64,000 bases of DNA from a virus (IMGVR_UViG_3300032053_000004:138144-202143), one strand, 5' to 3'; positions 9,196-18,443 are shown, counted from the stretch's first letter. The notes: generated by a model not told the origin, from the sequence alone. Translations and numbers: made by a program.

Positions 9196-9660
9196 ATGAA
9201 GCCTTCTCAAGTCGCCATAGCTCTACGTCGTATCGCTGTCGGAATTCAGGCTTCAAAGAAGCCTGACCGAAGGCTTGTAGTTCGAGATCTAAAGAAGATC
9301 ATAGCTAAAGTGGCTCTTCTTGGCCTTCTCAAACCTTATTTGTTATTTACATCCCACGCTGGAAGTGCAATATGGGAAATTTATGGACCAATTAATATCA
9401 ACGATTTTAAGAACGCTGTGAAAAATTATAATTCAGATGATTCATCTACAGAACGTGGTTCAGACGGAACAGCATATTTTTTTGAAAATTCTGAGGATTT
9501 AATGAATAGATGGTCTGAAACTGGATTTGATTCAGTCGAATCCATTGATGACGCGTTAAATTCAGTTGAAAATCACGGTGACATGAGTTCTGACGAATCT
9601 ATGAGAATGTTAACTGGTGAAATTGATGGTCTTACTGGAGTCGATTCTGAAGGCAACTAG
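9196..9660 (+). CDS. MKPSQ-leader family protein 2
   Basis: Same leader; first 43 nt identical to the 8731 copy; unrelated C-terminal domain. Confidence 0.85.
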   Translation: MKPSQVAIALRRIAVGIQASKKPDRRLVVRDLKKIIAKVALLGLLKPYLLFTSHAGSAIWEIYGPININDFKNAVKNYNSDDSSTERGSDGTAYFFENSEDLMNRWSETGFDSVESIDDALNSVENHGDMSSDESMRMLTGEIDGLTGVDSEGN

Positions 9661-9689
9661 TATATAGATAAAGTTTTTTTTAAATTGGC

Positions 9690-9707
9690 GTGAAGCCTTC
9701 TCAAGTT
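9690..9707 (+). pseudogene. Relic 5' end of an MKPSQ-leader cassette
   Basis: GTGAAGCCTTCTCAAGTT (VKPSQV) after a T-run, as in intact copies; similarity is lost after codon 6. Confidence 0.5.
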
Positions 9708-9790
9708 TCTATGACTTGGGAAGTTAATTGCTCCCCCCGAAGTTTTATGGAGGACCCCGTAAAGTTACATATGATGAGATTGAAAGAAAG

Positions 9791-9796
9791 TATAGT
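9791..9796 (+). promoter_or_regulatory. Sigma70-like -10 box 5 nt before the start codon (leaderless transcript candidate)
   Basis: TATAGT-cttta-ATG; no Shine-Dalgarno sequence. Confidence 0.45.
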
Positions 9797-9801
9797 CTTT
9801 A

Positions 9802-10311
9802 ATGGATAATCTAGATTCTGAAGCTTTAGCTGAACGTTATATAAATAGAATGTATATAGACCACCCGGCTGTTCGCTGGTGGGCACATCCTCGAATTTTA
9901 GTTGGTGGATCGATTAACAATTCTGATGATTTTGAAAATATGCAAAATAAATTCGGGGTTACATCAGTAATCTCCGTAGAATCCGAGCATTCGGATTCAG
10001 GCAAAGTTCCTGAAGCAATTTTATGTCATCTTCCAACACCAGATGATGGATCCGCACCGTCTGTCCAGCATTGGAAGACACTGATAGATTTCGCCCAAGT
10101 CGCACTGAAAGACCCTTCTTCTAAGGTCTATGTCCATTGCCAGATGGGCGGTAGCCGTTCTCCGGCTGCAGCTTATGCTATCTTGCGGACTGTATTTAAT
10201 TTCAGCCCGGAAGATGCCCTATCCAGTATCCAGCGTTTTAAAACTGAATATGGTGGGCATTGGTACCACCAAAATTATATTGGATCTGTTGAGACAGCTC
10301 TCACTTCTTGA
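9802..10311 (+). CDS. Dual-specificity protein phosphatase (PTP/DSP fold)
   Basis: Catalytic loop VYVHCQMGGSRS (HCxxGxxRS); general-acid loop LPTPDDGS; ILVGG and VISV upstream. Confidence 0.9.
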   Translation: MDNLDSEALAERYINRMYIDHPAVRWWAHPRILVGGSINNSDDFENMQNKFGVTSVISVESEHSDSGKVPEAILCHLPTPDDGSAPSVQHWKTLIDFAQVALKDPSSKVYVHCQMGGSRSPAAAYAILRTVFNFSPEDALSSIQRFKTEYGGHWYHQNYIGSVETALTS

Positions 10312-10897
10312 TAGTATATAACCCCTTTTTCGGACTACTGAACAATCTCTTATGATTGTAGAAAGCAGAAGAAAGCATCTTCTTCCAGTCCTTAGCGGAA
10401 GATTTAAACCCTGAAGCTTTAAGCTCCTTTATAATTTCTTCTGCATTCATAGGATTTACAGATTTGCTTAAAATCTTATGGATAAGGGTTTGAATCGGGG
10501 TTGAATTGATAATTCGACCGTTCGATAATTTTTTAAATGAATGCGCCGCGGCCCATGCCTGCTCGTAGATGGGGTTATCTGAAGATTTCTCTTCTTGCGG
10601 CGCAGTTTTCTTAGCAATTTTCTTAGTAATTTTCTTAGTAATTTTCTTAGCAGTTTTCTTAGCAGTTTTCGGTTTTTTCGATTCTTCTTGCTTTGTTCCG
10701 GACAAAGCAAGAATTTCTTCGGTTATTTTATTGAGTTCGGACTCCATAGACTGTCGCTTGGAAGATAGACTATGGAGTTTTAAATGTTTAGAATTTATTA
10801 TCTCCTGGAGTTGTTGGATTGACATACTATCGATCTTGGATTTCTTCATTTCGAGTTTCTCCTGTTTGGGTTTCTCTGCTTTTGGCAGATTTACCAT
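10301..10897 (-). CDS. Putative nucleoid-associated DNA-binding protein (coiled coil, Lys-rich linker, winged HTH)
   Basis: N-terminal heptad helix; AKKTAKKITKKITKKIAKKTA repeats; C-terminal wHTH-like PMNAEEIIKELKASGFKS...KGLYTIKK. Confidence 0.65.
   Translation of the reverse strand: MVNLPKAEKPKQEKLEMKKSKIDSMSIQQLQEIINSKHLKLHSLSSKRQSMESELNKITEEILALSGTKQEESKKPKTAKKTAKKITKKITKKIAKKTAPQEEKSSDNPIYEQAWAAAHSFKKLSNGRIINSTPIQTLIHKILSKSVNPMNAEEIIKELKASGFKSSAKDWKKMLSSAFYNHKRLFSSPKKGLYTIKK
10603..10668. repeat. 12-nt tandem repeat, about 5 copies (TTCTTAGYARTT), encoding Lys-rich tetrapeptides on the - strand
   Basis: ttcttagcaatt/ttcttagtaatt/ttcttagcagtt units read directly from the sequence. Confidence 0.85.
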
Positions 10898-10941
10898 TTT
10901 ACAATTGAAATAATAGGATTTTTTTTTTCTTTTAAGTTAAT

Positions 10942-11343
10942 ATGAAGCCTTCACAAGTTGCCATAGCCCTTCGTCGTATTGCTTCCGGAATTCAGGCTTC
11001 AAAGAATCCTGATAAGAGGCTCGTCGCGAGGGATTTAAAGAAAATTATTGCTGAAATAGCAGGAATGGATATGGATGAACTTCCATTCAAAGGTGACTCG
11101 GAATTTGAAGAAGTGATGATTGGAATCATGTTTGATCAAGAAATTGGACTTGATAACGCTATTAATAAAGCAAAAGAACTAATTGAAAGAGATGGGTTTA
11201 AAACTGGGAAATTTATGATCGACCATCATCGCCCTGGGACAATTGTTGGAAATATGGAAATTTCTCCCGGGTTTTATGATAAATTCTCTGATGGTTGGGA
11301 GTCAGAGGATGAAGGTGTAATTGTTACCCTGGAAGCTCCTTGA
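10942..11343 (+). CDS. MKPSQ-leader family protein 3
   Basis: Same leader; acidic, unrelated C-terminus. Confidence 0.85.
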   Translation: MKPSQVAIALRRIASGIQASKNPDKRLVARDLKKIIAEIAGMDMDELPFKGDSEFEEVMIGIMFDQEIGLDNAINKAKELIERDGFKTGKFMIDHHRPGTIVGNMEISPGFYDKFSDGWESEDEGVIVTLEAP

Positions 11344-11394
11344 TCATAATATTGTGTTTGGTTAAATCGTTCATTAAAAATAAACATTGAACCT

Positions 11395-11826
11395 ATGGAT
11401 ATGAATAATATTGCCATTCGGGTAGCTTCCATGAATCTGGAAGCGGCGAAGAAGAAAAAGAAAAAACCGAAGAAGACCGGTTTAAAATCTAAAAAACCAG
11501 CTCGGGTCTCCCAACCTAGAATTTTGGAGTCTATTACGGCTCCTGAGACTGAATATTCGTGCCGGGCTGAAATATCTTTCAGTGTTGATTTTGAAGGAAA
11601 TGTATCTAAAGACAAACTTACTCGGGCGCTTAAACGGGAAATAATGGCGTCCCTCGGTTCAGCCGTAACTTCCGTCTCAAGAAGTTTTCAGATTTCAGCT
11701 TCAAATGTTCTAGTGAAGCCGATTGCTTTTGAAATTGCTACTAGTGACCAATTCATGGTCGAAGATATGGACGAGCTTGGTGAAGCCGGGTCAGAAATTG
11801 ATGACCCTAATTACGAAGATACATAA
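11395..11826 (+). CDS. Hypothetical protein with N-terminal IAIRVAS motif and a basic tract
   Basis: 143-aa ORF; IA-x-R-[IV]-A motif shared with 6799, 29925 and 26416. Confidence 0.65.
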   Translation: MDMNNIAIRVASMNLEAAKKKKKKPKKTGLKSKKPARVSQPRILESITAPETEYSCRAEISFSVDFEGNVSKDKLTRALKREIMASLGSAVTSVSRSFQISASNVLVKPIAFEIATSDQFMVEDMDELGEAGSEIDDPNYEDT

Positions 11827-11850
11827 ATTTTTTTTTAGATCATAACTAAT

Positions 11851-12288
11851 ATGAAGCCTTCACAAGTTGCTATAGCTCTTCGTCGTATTGCATCAGCTAT
11901 TCAGGCTTCAAAAAATCCTGATAAGAATCTAGTTGCGAGGGATTTAAAGAAAATTATATCTAAAATAGCAGAAGGGCCTATTGATTGGGCTGACATCGAA
12001 AATACACTATTTAACGCTCTTAATAATTCAGATTCCGTTGAATCTGAAGTCTTTGATGAAATAAGTGGATTAGATAATCTTAATCAACAGTATGGTCTTG
12101 TATTTTCACAAGTAATAGATCTTGATCAAAATATTGGTATTCAGGTTTCTTACGAAGGAGATTTTGATTTGGTTTGGTTCGGACCGATTTCTTCTTTTGA
12201 TAAAACGGCAAAAGCAAAAGCAGCATCAGACGCTATTTTATCTGCTCAGAATTTCAGCTCGTTCCTCGAAGAAGATTTACTTCAATAA
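11851..12288 (+). CDS. MKPSQ-leader family protein 4
   Basis: Same leader; strongly acidic payload. Confidence 0.85.
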   Translation: MKPSQVAIALRRIASAIQASKNPDKNLVARDLKKIISKIAEGPIDWADIENTLFNALNNSDSVESEVFDEISGLDNLNQQYGLVFSQVIDLDQNIGIQVSYEGDFDLVWFGPISSFDKTAKAKAASDAILSAQNFSSFLEEDLLQ

Positions 12289-12300
12289 ATTCGCTTGGTA

Positions 12301-12630
12301 ATGTTTGGGATGGACCAAGCTCCCAACGTTGTCAAAATTCAGCTCAAGCCTGAGACTCTAGACCAAATCGCCCGTTTGGATAGCGCAATTGCGCAACATT
12401 CGGTTGAACACAGCCAGATAGTTCTTCGAGCCCAGACACTGCTCATGGAGCTCGATGGTTTTTATGAGGCTAAAAAATCTACGGTTTTAGCGGCAACCAA
12501 AGAATCTGGACTCAATCCAGACATGGTTGTCCAAATGAAAATAAATCAGGATGGGTCAGCCCTTGTTCAGGTAAAGGCTCCTCAACATTCGGTTGAAGAA
12601 CCGACTCCTCCGGCCCCAACCATACAATAA
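12301..12630 (+). CDS. Hypothetical helical protein
   Basis: ORF of about 109 aa filling the gap between genes; ATG at 12301. Confidence 0.55.
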   Translation: MFGMDQAPNVVKIQLKPETLDQIARLDSAIAQHSVEHSQIVLRAQTLLMELDGFYEAKKSTVLAATKESGLNPDMVVQMKINQDGSALVQVKAPQHSVEEPTPPAPTIQ

Positions 12631-12656
12631 GTTGTTGATTCCCATCCTGTTATAGG

Positions 12657-13982
12657 ATGCCCGCACCTCCTGATCGATACCCTGAAATTCTAGAACAAAT
12701 TTATCCGGCTATCCCGTTAGCGCCGTTGAACGTTCTAGCCTCTACGGGTTTCGAAAAAGGAGTCGTAGATATCCGCTGGACGAATCCGGCAGAAATTGCG
12801 GCTAATACCACATTTAATATTTTAGGGGTCAATGTTTATCGGAGTTTTGACTCGGCCTTTGGTCCATATTTTCGTTTAACCCAAGTTCCTATCGGGTCTA
12901 CATTTTATAGAGATAGATCTGACATACGGATGGCGGTTCAAGAAAACGTATCCGATTCTTTCATTTTAAGAGGACCAACTTCAGACCCTAGTTCTCGATA
13001 TGTATTTAGGACTATTCAACGTCCTATCCATTTAGACCAATTTCCGGGATTGTCTGACTGGACGAATTTAAATGTCCAGGTCACTATTAATGGAAAAAAG
13101 TCATTTGTTGAAAAAATTGATTCAACCTTAGGGGAGGTTTCTTTAGGTATCTATCCATCTTTTGATGTTGGTAATAAAGAACAAATTCAACCAGTTTTAC
13201 CTACGAATCCAAGCGATGTTGTTCTCGCTACCTACAAATACGTAAAATCATTTGTTCCAACAGATTTAGCCCAAAGGATATTCTATCGTTTAACCACTGT
13301 CGCATATGATCCTGAATGCAATCAACTCATAGAAACTCCTCTTGATCGAGCTTCGCAAACGAACAATCAAGAAGTTGAGAAGCTCGATTGGATTTGGAAA
13401 GAAGCAGTGCGTCGTAATCGTTGGATTCTCCAAATGGGAGGAGAACGAGTCAAATTATTTATTAGAAGAGTCGTAGGACCGAATTGTGGTTGTAACTCTT
13501 CCATATACAAACAACCTTCTTCTGATTGTGTTGTTTGTTATGGAACGGGGATTATTGGTGGATATTCTGGTCCTTATGATATAGTAATAGCTCCGGACGA
13601 CGCGGACAAATCCATAAAACAAGCAAATCGTGGAAGAAATTTAGATCACTCGTACGAGACTTGGACTAGTCCGAGTCCTCTTCTTTCTCAAAGGGATTTT
13701 GTAGTTAAACTGAATGGCGATCGTTATGGGATAGGTCCTGTTCGAATGCCGACAAATCGGGGTATGCAACTCCAACAATTTTTCACTATTTCTCACTTAG
13801 ATGAACAAGATATTAGATATAAAATTCCAGTTCTTGATACGACAGTTCTTGTTTTTCCACAAACTCGTTATACTATTCCTGGAAAAGGTAACGCAACTCC
13901 GATGGTCACGGAGTCTCAACGGATCCCGGATGAACATGAGATTCGAGGGGCCACCGTTACATTCCAAAATACTCAGTACTAG
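12657..13982 (+). CDS. Neck/head-closure-like virion protein with a Zn-finger insertion
   Basis: CGC...CVVCYGTGIIGGY motif followed by a beta-rich closure-type region (ETWTSPSPLLSQRDFVV...RYGI). Confidence 0.55.
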   Translation: MPAPPDRYPEILEQIYPAIPLAPLNVLASTGFEKGVVDIRWTNPAEIAANTTFNILGVNVYRSFDSAFGPYFRLTQVPIGSTFYRDRSDIRMAVQENVSDSFILRGPTSDPSSRYVFRTIQRPIHLDQFPGLSDWTNLNVQVTINGKKSFVEKIDSTLGEVSLGIYPSFDVGNKEQIQPVLPTNPSDVVLATYKYVKSFVPTDLAQRIFYRLTTVAYDPECNQLIETPLDRASQTNNQEVEKLDWIWKEAVRRNRWILQMGGERVKLFIRRVVGPNCGCNSSIYKQPSSDCVVCYGTGIIGGYSGPYDIVIAPDDADKSIKQANRGRNLDHSYETWTSPSPLLSQRDFVVKLNGDRYGIGPVRMPTNRGMQLQQFFTISHLDEQDIRYKIPVLDTTVLVFPQTRYTIPGKGNATPMVTESQRIPDEHEIRGATVTFQNTQY

Positions 13983-14035
13983 TTCCTTTATTTAAATCGG
14001 AAAATTATCCTATCTCATGAGCGTCGTTAAGGGCG

Positions 14036-14698
14036 ATGAGTATGCAAAAGAAAAAAAACGTAAATTATGCGACTCAATTAAATACGGTAGTCGATAGAAT
14101 ACTAGATAATATAGTAGATAATATAGCTAAAGATGGACTTGTTCTTTTAAAGAAAGTATTAGATTCATCCGGTTTTGCGGATTCTGAGTATCTTAAAGAT
14201 TATGAAGTATATGCTCATGTAACCGGACACTCCATAACTTTTGAAATTCTTCTCGACACATCAGCTATAGACGAAATTGAACAAGAAAAATCAGAAGAAG
14301 CAAAAGAAAAAGCTGAAAAAATAAAAGAAAAAAAGATTGAAAGAGCCTCTAGGTCTTACGGGATTGTAAAAACCGGGCCAGCCAGAGTTCTTGGAGTTCG
14401 AGACGCTCGTTCTCCAGCTATAGACGCGCGGACGGATAATAGAAAGAATTCGAAAGACCGATTAGTTGAACATGAGATAGCTTTAGTAGCTCCTCGTGGT
14501 CTTTCCGTAAAAAGGAATGGTAAAGTTTCTCTTAAATTAAAAAGAACAGCGAGAGAAACTGATACTGAATTCATTTATCCTAAACGAGACCCTGAAGGAA
14601 TAATAAAAGAGTTTCTTGATAAGTTAAGTGATATAACTAAGAAGAATTTTCTTCCAGAACTTGAAAAAGCGATATCTAAATATGCTTCTCAAAATTAA
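14036..14698 (+). CDS. Hypothetical protein (neck/tail-completion region)
   Basis: 220-aa ORF in operon context. Confidence 0.55.
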   Translation: MSMQKKKNVNYATQLNTVVDRILDNIVDNIAKDGLVLLKKVLDSSGFADSEYLKDYEVYAHVTGHSITFEILLDTSAIDEIEQEKSEEAKEKAEKIKEKKIERASRSYGIVKTGPARVLGVRDARSPAIDARTDNRKNSKDRLVEHEIALVAPRGLSVKRNGKVSLKLKRTARETDTEFIYPKRDPEGIIKEFLDKLSDITKKNFLPELEKAISKYASQN

Positions 14699-15242
14699 AT
14701 TGATAAATCAGATATCTTCAGATATAATTATTGAGGATATAGGAGTTAAATTGAGTGGGAAAGGTGATTCCCGTATAGTAGATTTTGACATTGCCTCAAA
14801 GTCTAAAGATTTGGTTCGTATGGCTGGAATAGTTAGACAAGAGCAAATTCCTGTGCTTAAAATTTGGCCATTCACATCCACCCCGGATATTCCGGTTCCA
14901 AAATCTATAATTCCCCCTCAAAAGCCGAACCCCGTCAAAATCATAATTCACGATGATCAATCAAAAGCCATTTCAGAACTTTCTTCAAAAATGGATATGA
15001 TTCTTCAAATGCTTTCGGAAAAATCTAATACTCCGACAACTATCGTAAATCAAATAATGCCTTCATCTGGACAGATTGCTCAGTCTCCGATGAAAAAATC
15101 GGATGATCCGGTATTCATACCTAGTAAGATAGTCCCGGATGGAGTTGAATCAAATATGAATATTAAATCTAATGAAATTCAGAAAGAAGATATTGAAGAT
15201 GTGAGTAGAAAACTTGGTTCTTTGTTAAGATCTAAGAAGTAA
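14682..15242 (+). CDS. Hypothetical protein, Pro-rich middle, directly upstream of the actin-like gene
   Basis: ATG at 14682 overlaps the end of the previous gene; preferred over TTG at 14661. Confidence 0.55.
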   Translation: MLLKIKLINQISSDIIIEDIGVKLSGKGDSRIVDFDIASKSKDLVRMAGIVRQEQIPVLKIWPFTSTPDIPVPKSIIPPQKPNPVKIIIHDDQSKAISELSSKMDMILQMLSEKSNTPTTIVNQIMPSSGQIAQSPMKKSDDPVFIPSKIVPDGVESNMNIKSNEIQKEDIEDVSRKLGSLLRSKK

Positions 15243-15254
15243 TGTTATACTGGA

Positions 15255-16283
15255 ATGGCTAGGAAAGAAACACATATGGAAAAGTCTGAAATCGTTCCAG
15301 GTTGCTCTATAGACGTTGGCACCATGAACTTGGTGGCCGCTCGTCGATCTGGGAAAAAAGTATCCACTAATCGAATTCGAAATGCTTTTATAGATTTAGA
15401 ACCTGATAAGAAGAGAATGCTTAAGTTGAGTAACACGAGTTTCGTAGAACTCGGGGATCGTCTTTTAGTCTTGGGCGACGAAGCTTTAGAAACCGCTAAT
15501 TTGTTTAATCGTGAAGCTCGCCGCCCAATGTCTGGAGGATTGATGGCTTCAGGAGAACTTGATTCTCAACAAATTATCAGTTTGATGATGAAAAAAATAT
15601 TAGGAGATCCTACAGTCCCTAATGAAAAATGTGCTTATTCAGTCCCTGCCCCGGCTGTTGATGTTAATGATTCTGATATCACATATCATAAAGCAGTTTT
15701 AAAGAAAATTTTGACTGAGCTTGGATACGATGCCATAGATGTTAATGAAGCTTTAGCCATCATATTTTCAGAGTGTGGTAATGAAAATTTTTCTGGCCTT
15801 GGGATAAGCTATGGTTCTGGTATGACTAATGTTTGTCTTGCCTATAACGCCATGAGTGCCATGGAGTTCTCTTTAGGGAGAGGCGGGGATTACATAGATC
15901 GTGGAGCCGCTAAAGCTGTTGGCACTACAGCTGCTCGAATTTGTTCTATTAAAGAAGGTAAGTCTAAATCTGTAGACATAACTAAACCTGAAACTCGGGA
16001 AGAAGAAGCTATAGCTTTGTTCGTTCAAACTCTCATAGATTATACTATAGATAATATCATTACTCATTTTCATAATGTAAAAAGTGAGCTTTTCATACCG
16101 AAACCAGTTCCTATAATAGTTTCCGGCGGGACTTCATTGGCTAATGGATTTTTGGAGAAATTTAAGGAACGATTTAAACTTCATTCAGGAAAGTTCCCGT
16201 TTCAAGTTTCAGATATAAGGGCTGCTGCTGACCCTATGACAGCTGTGTCTACCGGACTGTTATTATTGAGTCAGATGGATTGA
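15255..16283 (+). CDS. Actin-fold ATPase, volactin-like family
   Basis: Phosphate-1 IDVGTMN, phosphate-2 GISYGSGMTNVCLAY, RGGDYID, adenosine motif IIVSGGTS, C-terminal connect-2 DPMTAVSTG. Confidence 0.85.
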   Translation: MARKETHMEKSEIVPGCSIDVGTMNLVAARRSGKKVSTNRIRNAFIDLEPDKKRMLKLSNTSFVELGDRLLVLGDEALETANLFNREARRPMSGGLMASGELDSQQIISLMMKKILGDPTVPNEKCAYSVPAPAVDVNDSDITYHKAVLKKILTELGYDAIDVNEALAIIFSECGNENFSGLGISYGSGMTNVCLAYNAMSAMEFSLGRGGDYIDRGAAKAVGTTAARICSIKEGKSKSVDITKPETREEEAIALFVQTLIDYTIDNIITHFHNVKSELFIPKPVPIIVSGGTSLANGFLEKFKERFKLHSGKFPFQVSDIRAAADPMTAVSTGLLLLSQMD

Positions 16284-16313
16284 TTGATACCTGTTTAATG
16301 CGGAATACTTAAT

Positions 16314-16595
16314 ATGGATAATTATTTTCGTGGCGTTCCTGTTGGAAAGATAATCACGACTGTTGAAGACGTTATATCTCATAACGCTTCTGTTGGTATA
16401 CTTTCTCCCTCAGGTCAACCGACTAATCAAGTCGATCCTCCTTCGCTCCCTTTAGCCCCAGAGCCTCCCCAAAATACTGGGGGTTCTCAGGAAGAAATTC
16501 CTGCTGTGGAAGCTTCTGAACCTGTGGAAGCTTCTGAACCTGTGGAAGCTTCTGAATCTGATGCATCAGATTCTCCAAAGCGTCGTCGTCGATAA
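16314..16595 (+). CDS. Small disordered acidic/Pro-rich protein
   Basis: 93-aa ORF with VEASEP repeats and a C-terminal KRRRR. Confidence 0.55.
   Translation: MDNYFRGVPVGKIITTVEDVISHNASVGILSPSGQPTNQVDPPSLPLAPEPPQNTGGSQEEIPAVEASEPVEASEPVEASESDASDSPKRRRR
16504..16556. repeat. 18-nt tandem repeat x3 (CCTGTGGAAGCTTCTGAA)
   Basis: Read directly; encodes VEASEP. Confidence 0.9.
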
Positions 16596-16607
16596 CGAAG
16601 GCGTGAT

Positions 16608-17819
16608 GTGCAATATTCTTGGCTCAGTTCACCTATTAAGAAGAAGCTCATACATGAGCTTCGTTCAATATTAGAGAGTCACCCCAGATACCGGGGTGAC
16701 GCTCAAAACGTTCAAAATAAATTCGCCTTTACCGAAAGGCCTCAACGTGGGATTATACTAAATAATACTTCTGCAGATCGAGTTAGACTATCTGCAGATA
16801 ACTATATCGGTTGTCTTTCTTCATTTTGTATGCTTGCTTATTACACGGATTTTCCTGGGACTACTATTGAGTGGGTTCGGGAAAATTCGGATTTGCTTTA
16901 TAAGATTTCCCCAAAAAGGAACATTTTTCCTAGTCATCCTGGCGTATATAATATATCAATAACTGAAGTTCCGGATGAAGCTCATAATATTCCTGGGAAA
17001 TTTGTTATAACTCCTCTTTTGACCATTACTAATGAACCACTGATTGTTTTTTCTAGTTCAGGTGATTTTGATGCCCAGCTTTCTCATGAAAATATCTATC
17101 CAGGGTCCGTTAGGCTTTGGTTAGATCAAAGAATAGCTCTTCTAGAAGGTGTAGACTTTATTGTTGAAAATACGACCGGATATGTAACGTTTTTAAAACC
17201 AACTCCTACTGGGTATTCAGTTTCTGCTGATTATCGATTCATAATCCCGGATCAAGGTCCACTTGATTTTAAATCAGAAGAATTTGATGCTACTTCAATT
17301 CCTGGAGTCGTTATAGCATTTGGTGATCGGGCTCAAAAAGGAGACCGGTTATCTATTGTTGTGACTGACGAAAGAGTTGATACTGCCTCAATTTATGGCG
17401 GGAAATTTGAAATCAATACTGAACTTATAGTTTTTACTCGGGACGCTGAAGACCGAGAAAAAATGAGCGATTATGTGATAATTAAAATGCTTGAGCGCCA
17501 AAATGATCTCGGATTTTTAGGCATAGAACTTCTCGATATTTCCCCAGGGGGTGAGAGCGAAGAAGTTTACAATGAAGCCACTGACGATTATTTTTATGAT
17601 AGCACAATCTCGCTTTCTCTTCGGGTAGACTGGGAGTCATACATTCCTCTCCCGATCGAAGTCGAAGCTATCCGTATGACATCTAAATCAGCAGAACAAG
17701 AAACTGGTTATTTGGATGGAACATTCCCATACGATTTATTGAAAATCGGTTCTCCTGTGGAAGTTGCAGGGGTGAATACTATTATCGGTCGGAATATCGG
17801 ATATGAGCGAACTCGTTAG
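16608..17819 (+). CDS. Tail terminator/tail-completion-like protein
   Basis: Position just before the sheath; C-terminal segment resembling a terminator fold (EINTELIVFTRDAEDREKMSDYV...YFYDSTISLSLRVDW). Confidence 0.5.
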   Translation: MQYSWLSSPIKKKLIHELRSILESHPRYRGDAQNVQNKFAFTERPQRGIILNNTSADRVRLSADNYIGCLSSFCMLAYYTDFPGTTIEWVRENSDLLYKISPKRNIFPSHPGVYNISITEVPDEAHNIPGKFVITPLLTITNEPLIVFSSSGDFDAQLSHENIYPGSVRLWLDQRIALLEGVDFIVENTTGYVTFLKPTPTGYSVSADYRFIIPDQGPLDFKSEEFDATSIPGVVIAFGDRAQKGDRLSIVVTDERVDTASIYGGKFEINTELIVFTRDAEDREKMSDYVIIKMLERQNDLGFLGIELLDISPGGESEEVYNEATDDYFYDSTISLSLRVDWESYIPLPIEVEAIRMTSKSAEQETGYLDGTFPYDLLKIGSPVEVAGVNTIIGRNIGYERTR

Positions 17820-17859
17820 AAATTTTGTGACATAGTTCGATTCCATTAGATCTCTTTAG

Positions 17860-17865
17860 TATAGT
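17860..17865 (+). promoter_or_regulatory. -10 box 5 nt before GTG (leaderless candidate)
   Basis: TATAGT-ttatc-GTG. Confidence 0.45.
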
Positions 17866-17870
17866 TTATC

Positions 17871-18284
17871 GTGCCTGTATTTGAATACACATGCAAAAAT
17901 TGCGATGTTGGTTTCGAAGAAATTTTAGTTAATTCAGAAGATATTAAAAATTTTTTCGAAAAGCATAAATGTCCTGTTTGCAATAAATGGGCGAAAAGAC
18001 AACCAGTTTCCGCAGTGAATTTTACTTTTAAGTCCTCTACACCTGGAAACTCAGGGTCTCATGATTTGGATTATCCGACCTTAGATAAGGCTGTCGGAAG
18101 ATCTTCTGAGAAAAAATGGGGAAAAATTAATGATAGAAAAGCTGCCCGAGACAAAGTAAGAAAAGAATCTGGTACCAATTCTATAACTCAAATCGGTAAT
18201 AAAATGATGCCGACTTCTCCTGAAAAATTGGCAGTACGTCAAAAAGCTTTCGAAACTTTAAGAGAAGTTTCGAAAAAGTCTTAG
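17871..18284 (+). CDS. FmdB-family zinc-ribbon protein
   Basis: MPVFEYTCKNC...FEE...CPVC, the characteristic FmdB N-terminus. Confidence 0.8.
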   Translation: MPVFEYTCKNCDVGFEEILVNSEDIKNFFEKHKCPVCNKWAKRQPVSAVNFTFKSSTPGNSGSHDLDYPTLDKAVGRSSEKKWGKINDRKAARDKVRKESGTNSITQIGNKMMPTSPEKLAVRQKAFETLREVSKKS

Positions 18285-18329
18285 ATATTAATAAATCAGC
18301 CTAGTCTCATTGTTGAGGCTTCTATGATT

Positions 18330-18365
18330 TGAGTTTCTTGAGCCCTTCCGGTCTCAAGAAACTCA
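18330..18365 (+). terminator. Hairpin (13-bp arms, 10-nt loop) upstream of the sheath gene
   Basis: TGAGTTTCTTGAG / CTCAAGAAACTCA perfect inverted repeat; no clear T-tail. Confidence 0.5.
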
Positions 18366-18443
18366 TACATAGATTTGTTTTGCGGATTTTTTAGTACATA
18401 GACCAAGACGTAGACCTTCTAGATTAGGAAGGGAATCAGGAAA

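Noticed and set aside
8731-12288. Integron cassette array
   Set aside because: No tyrosine integrase and no repeated attC-like palindromes between cassettes; the shared sequence is the coding leader itself.
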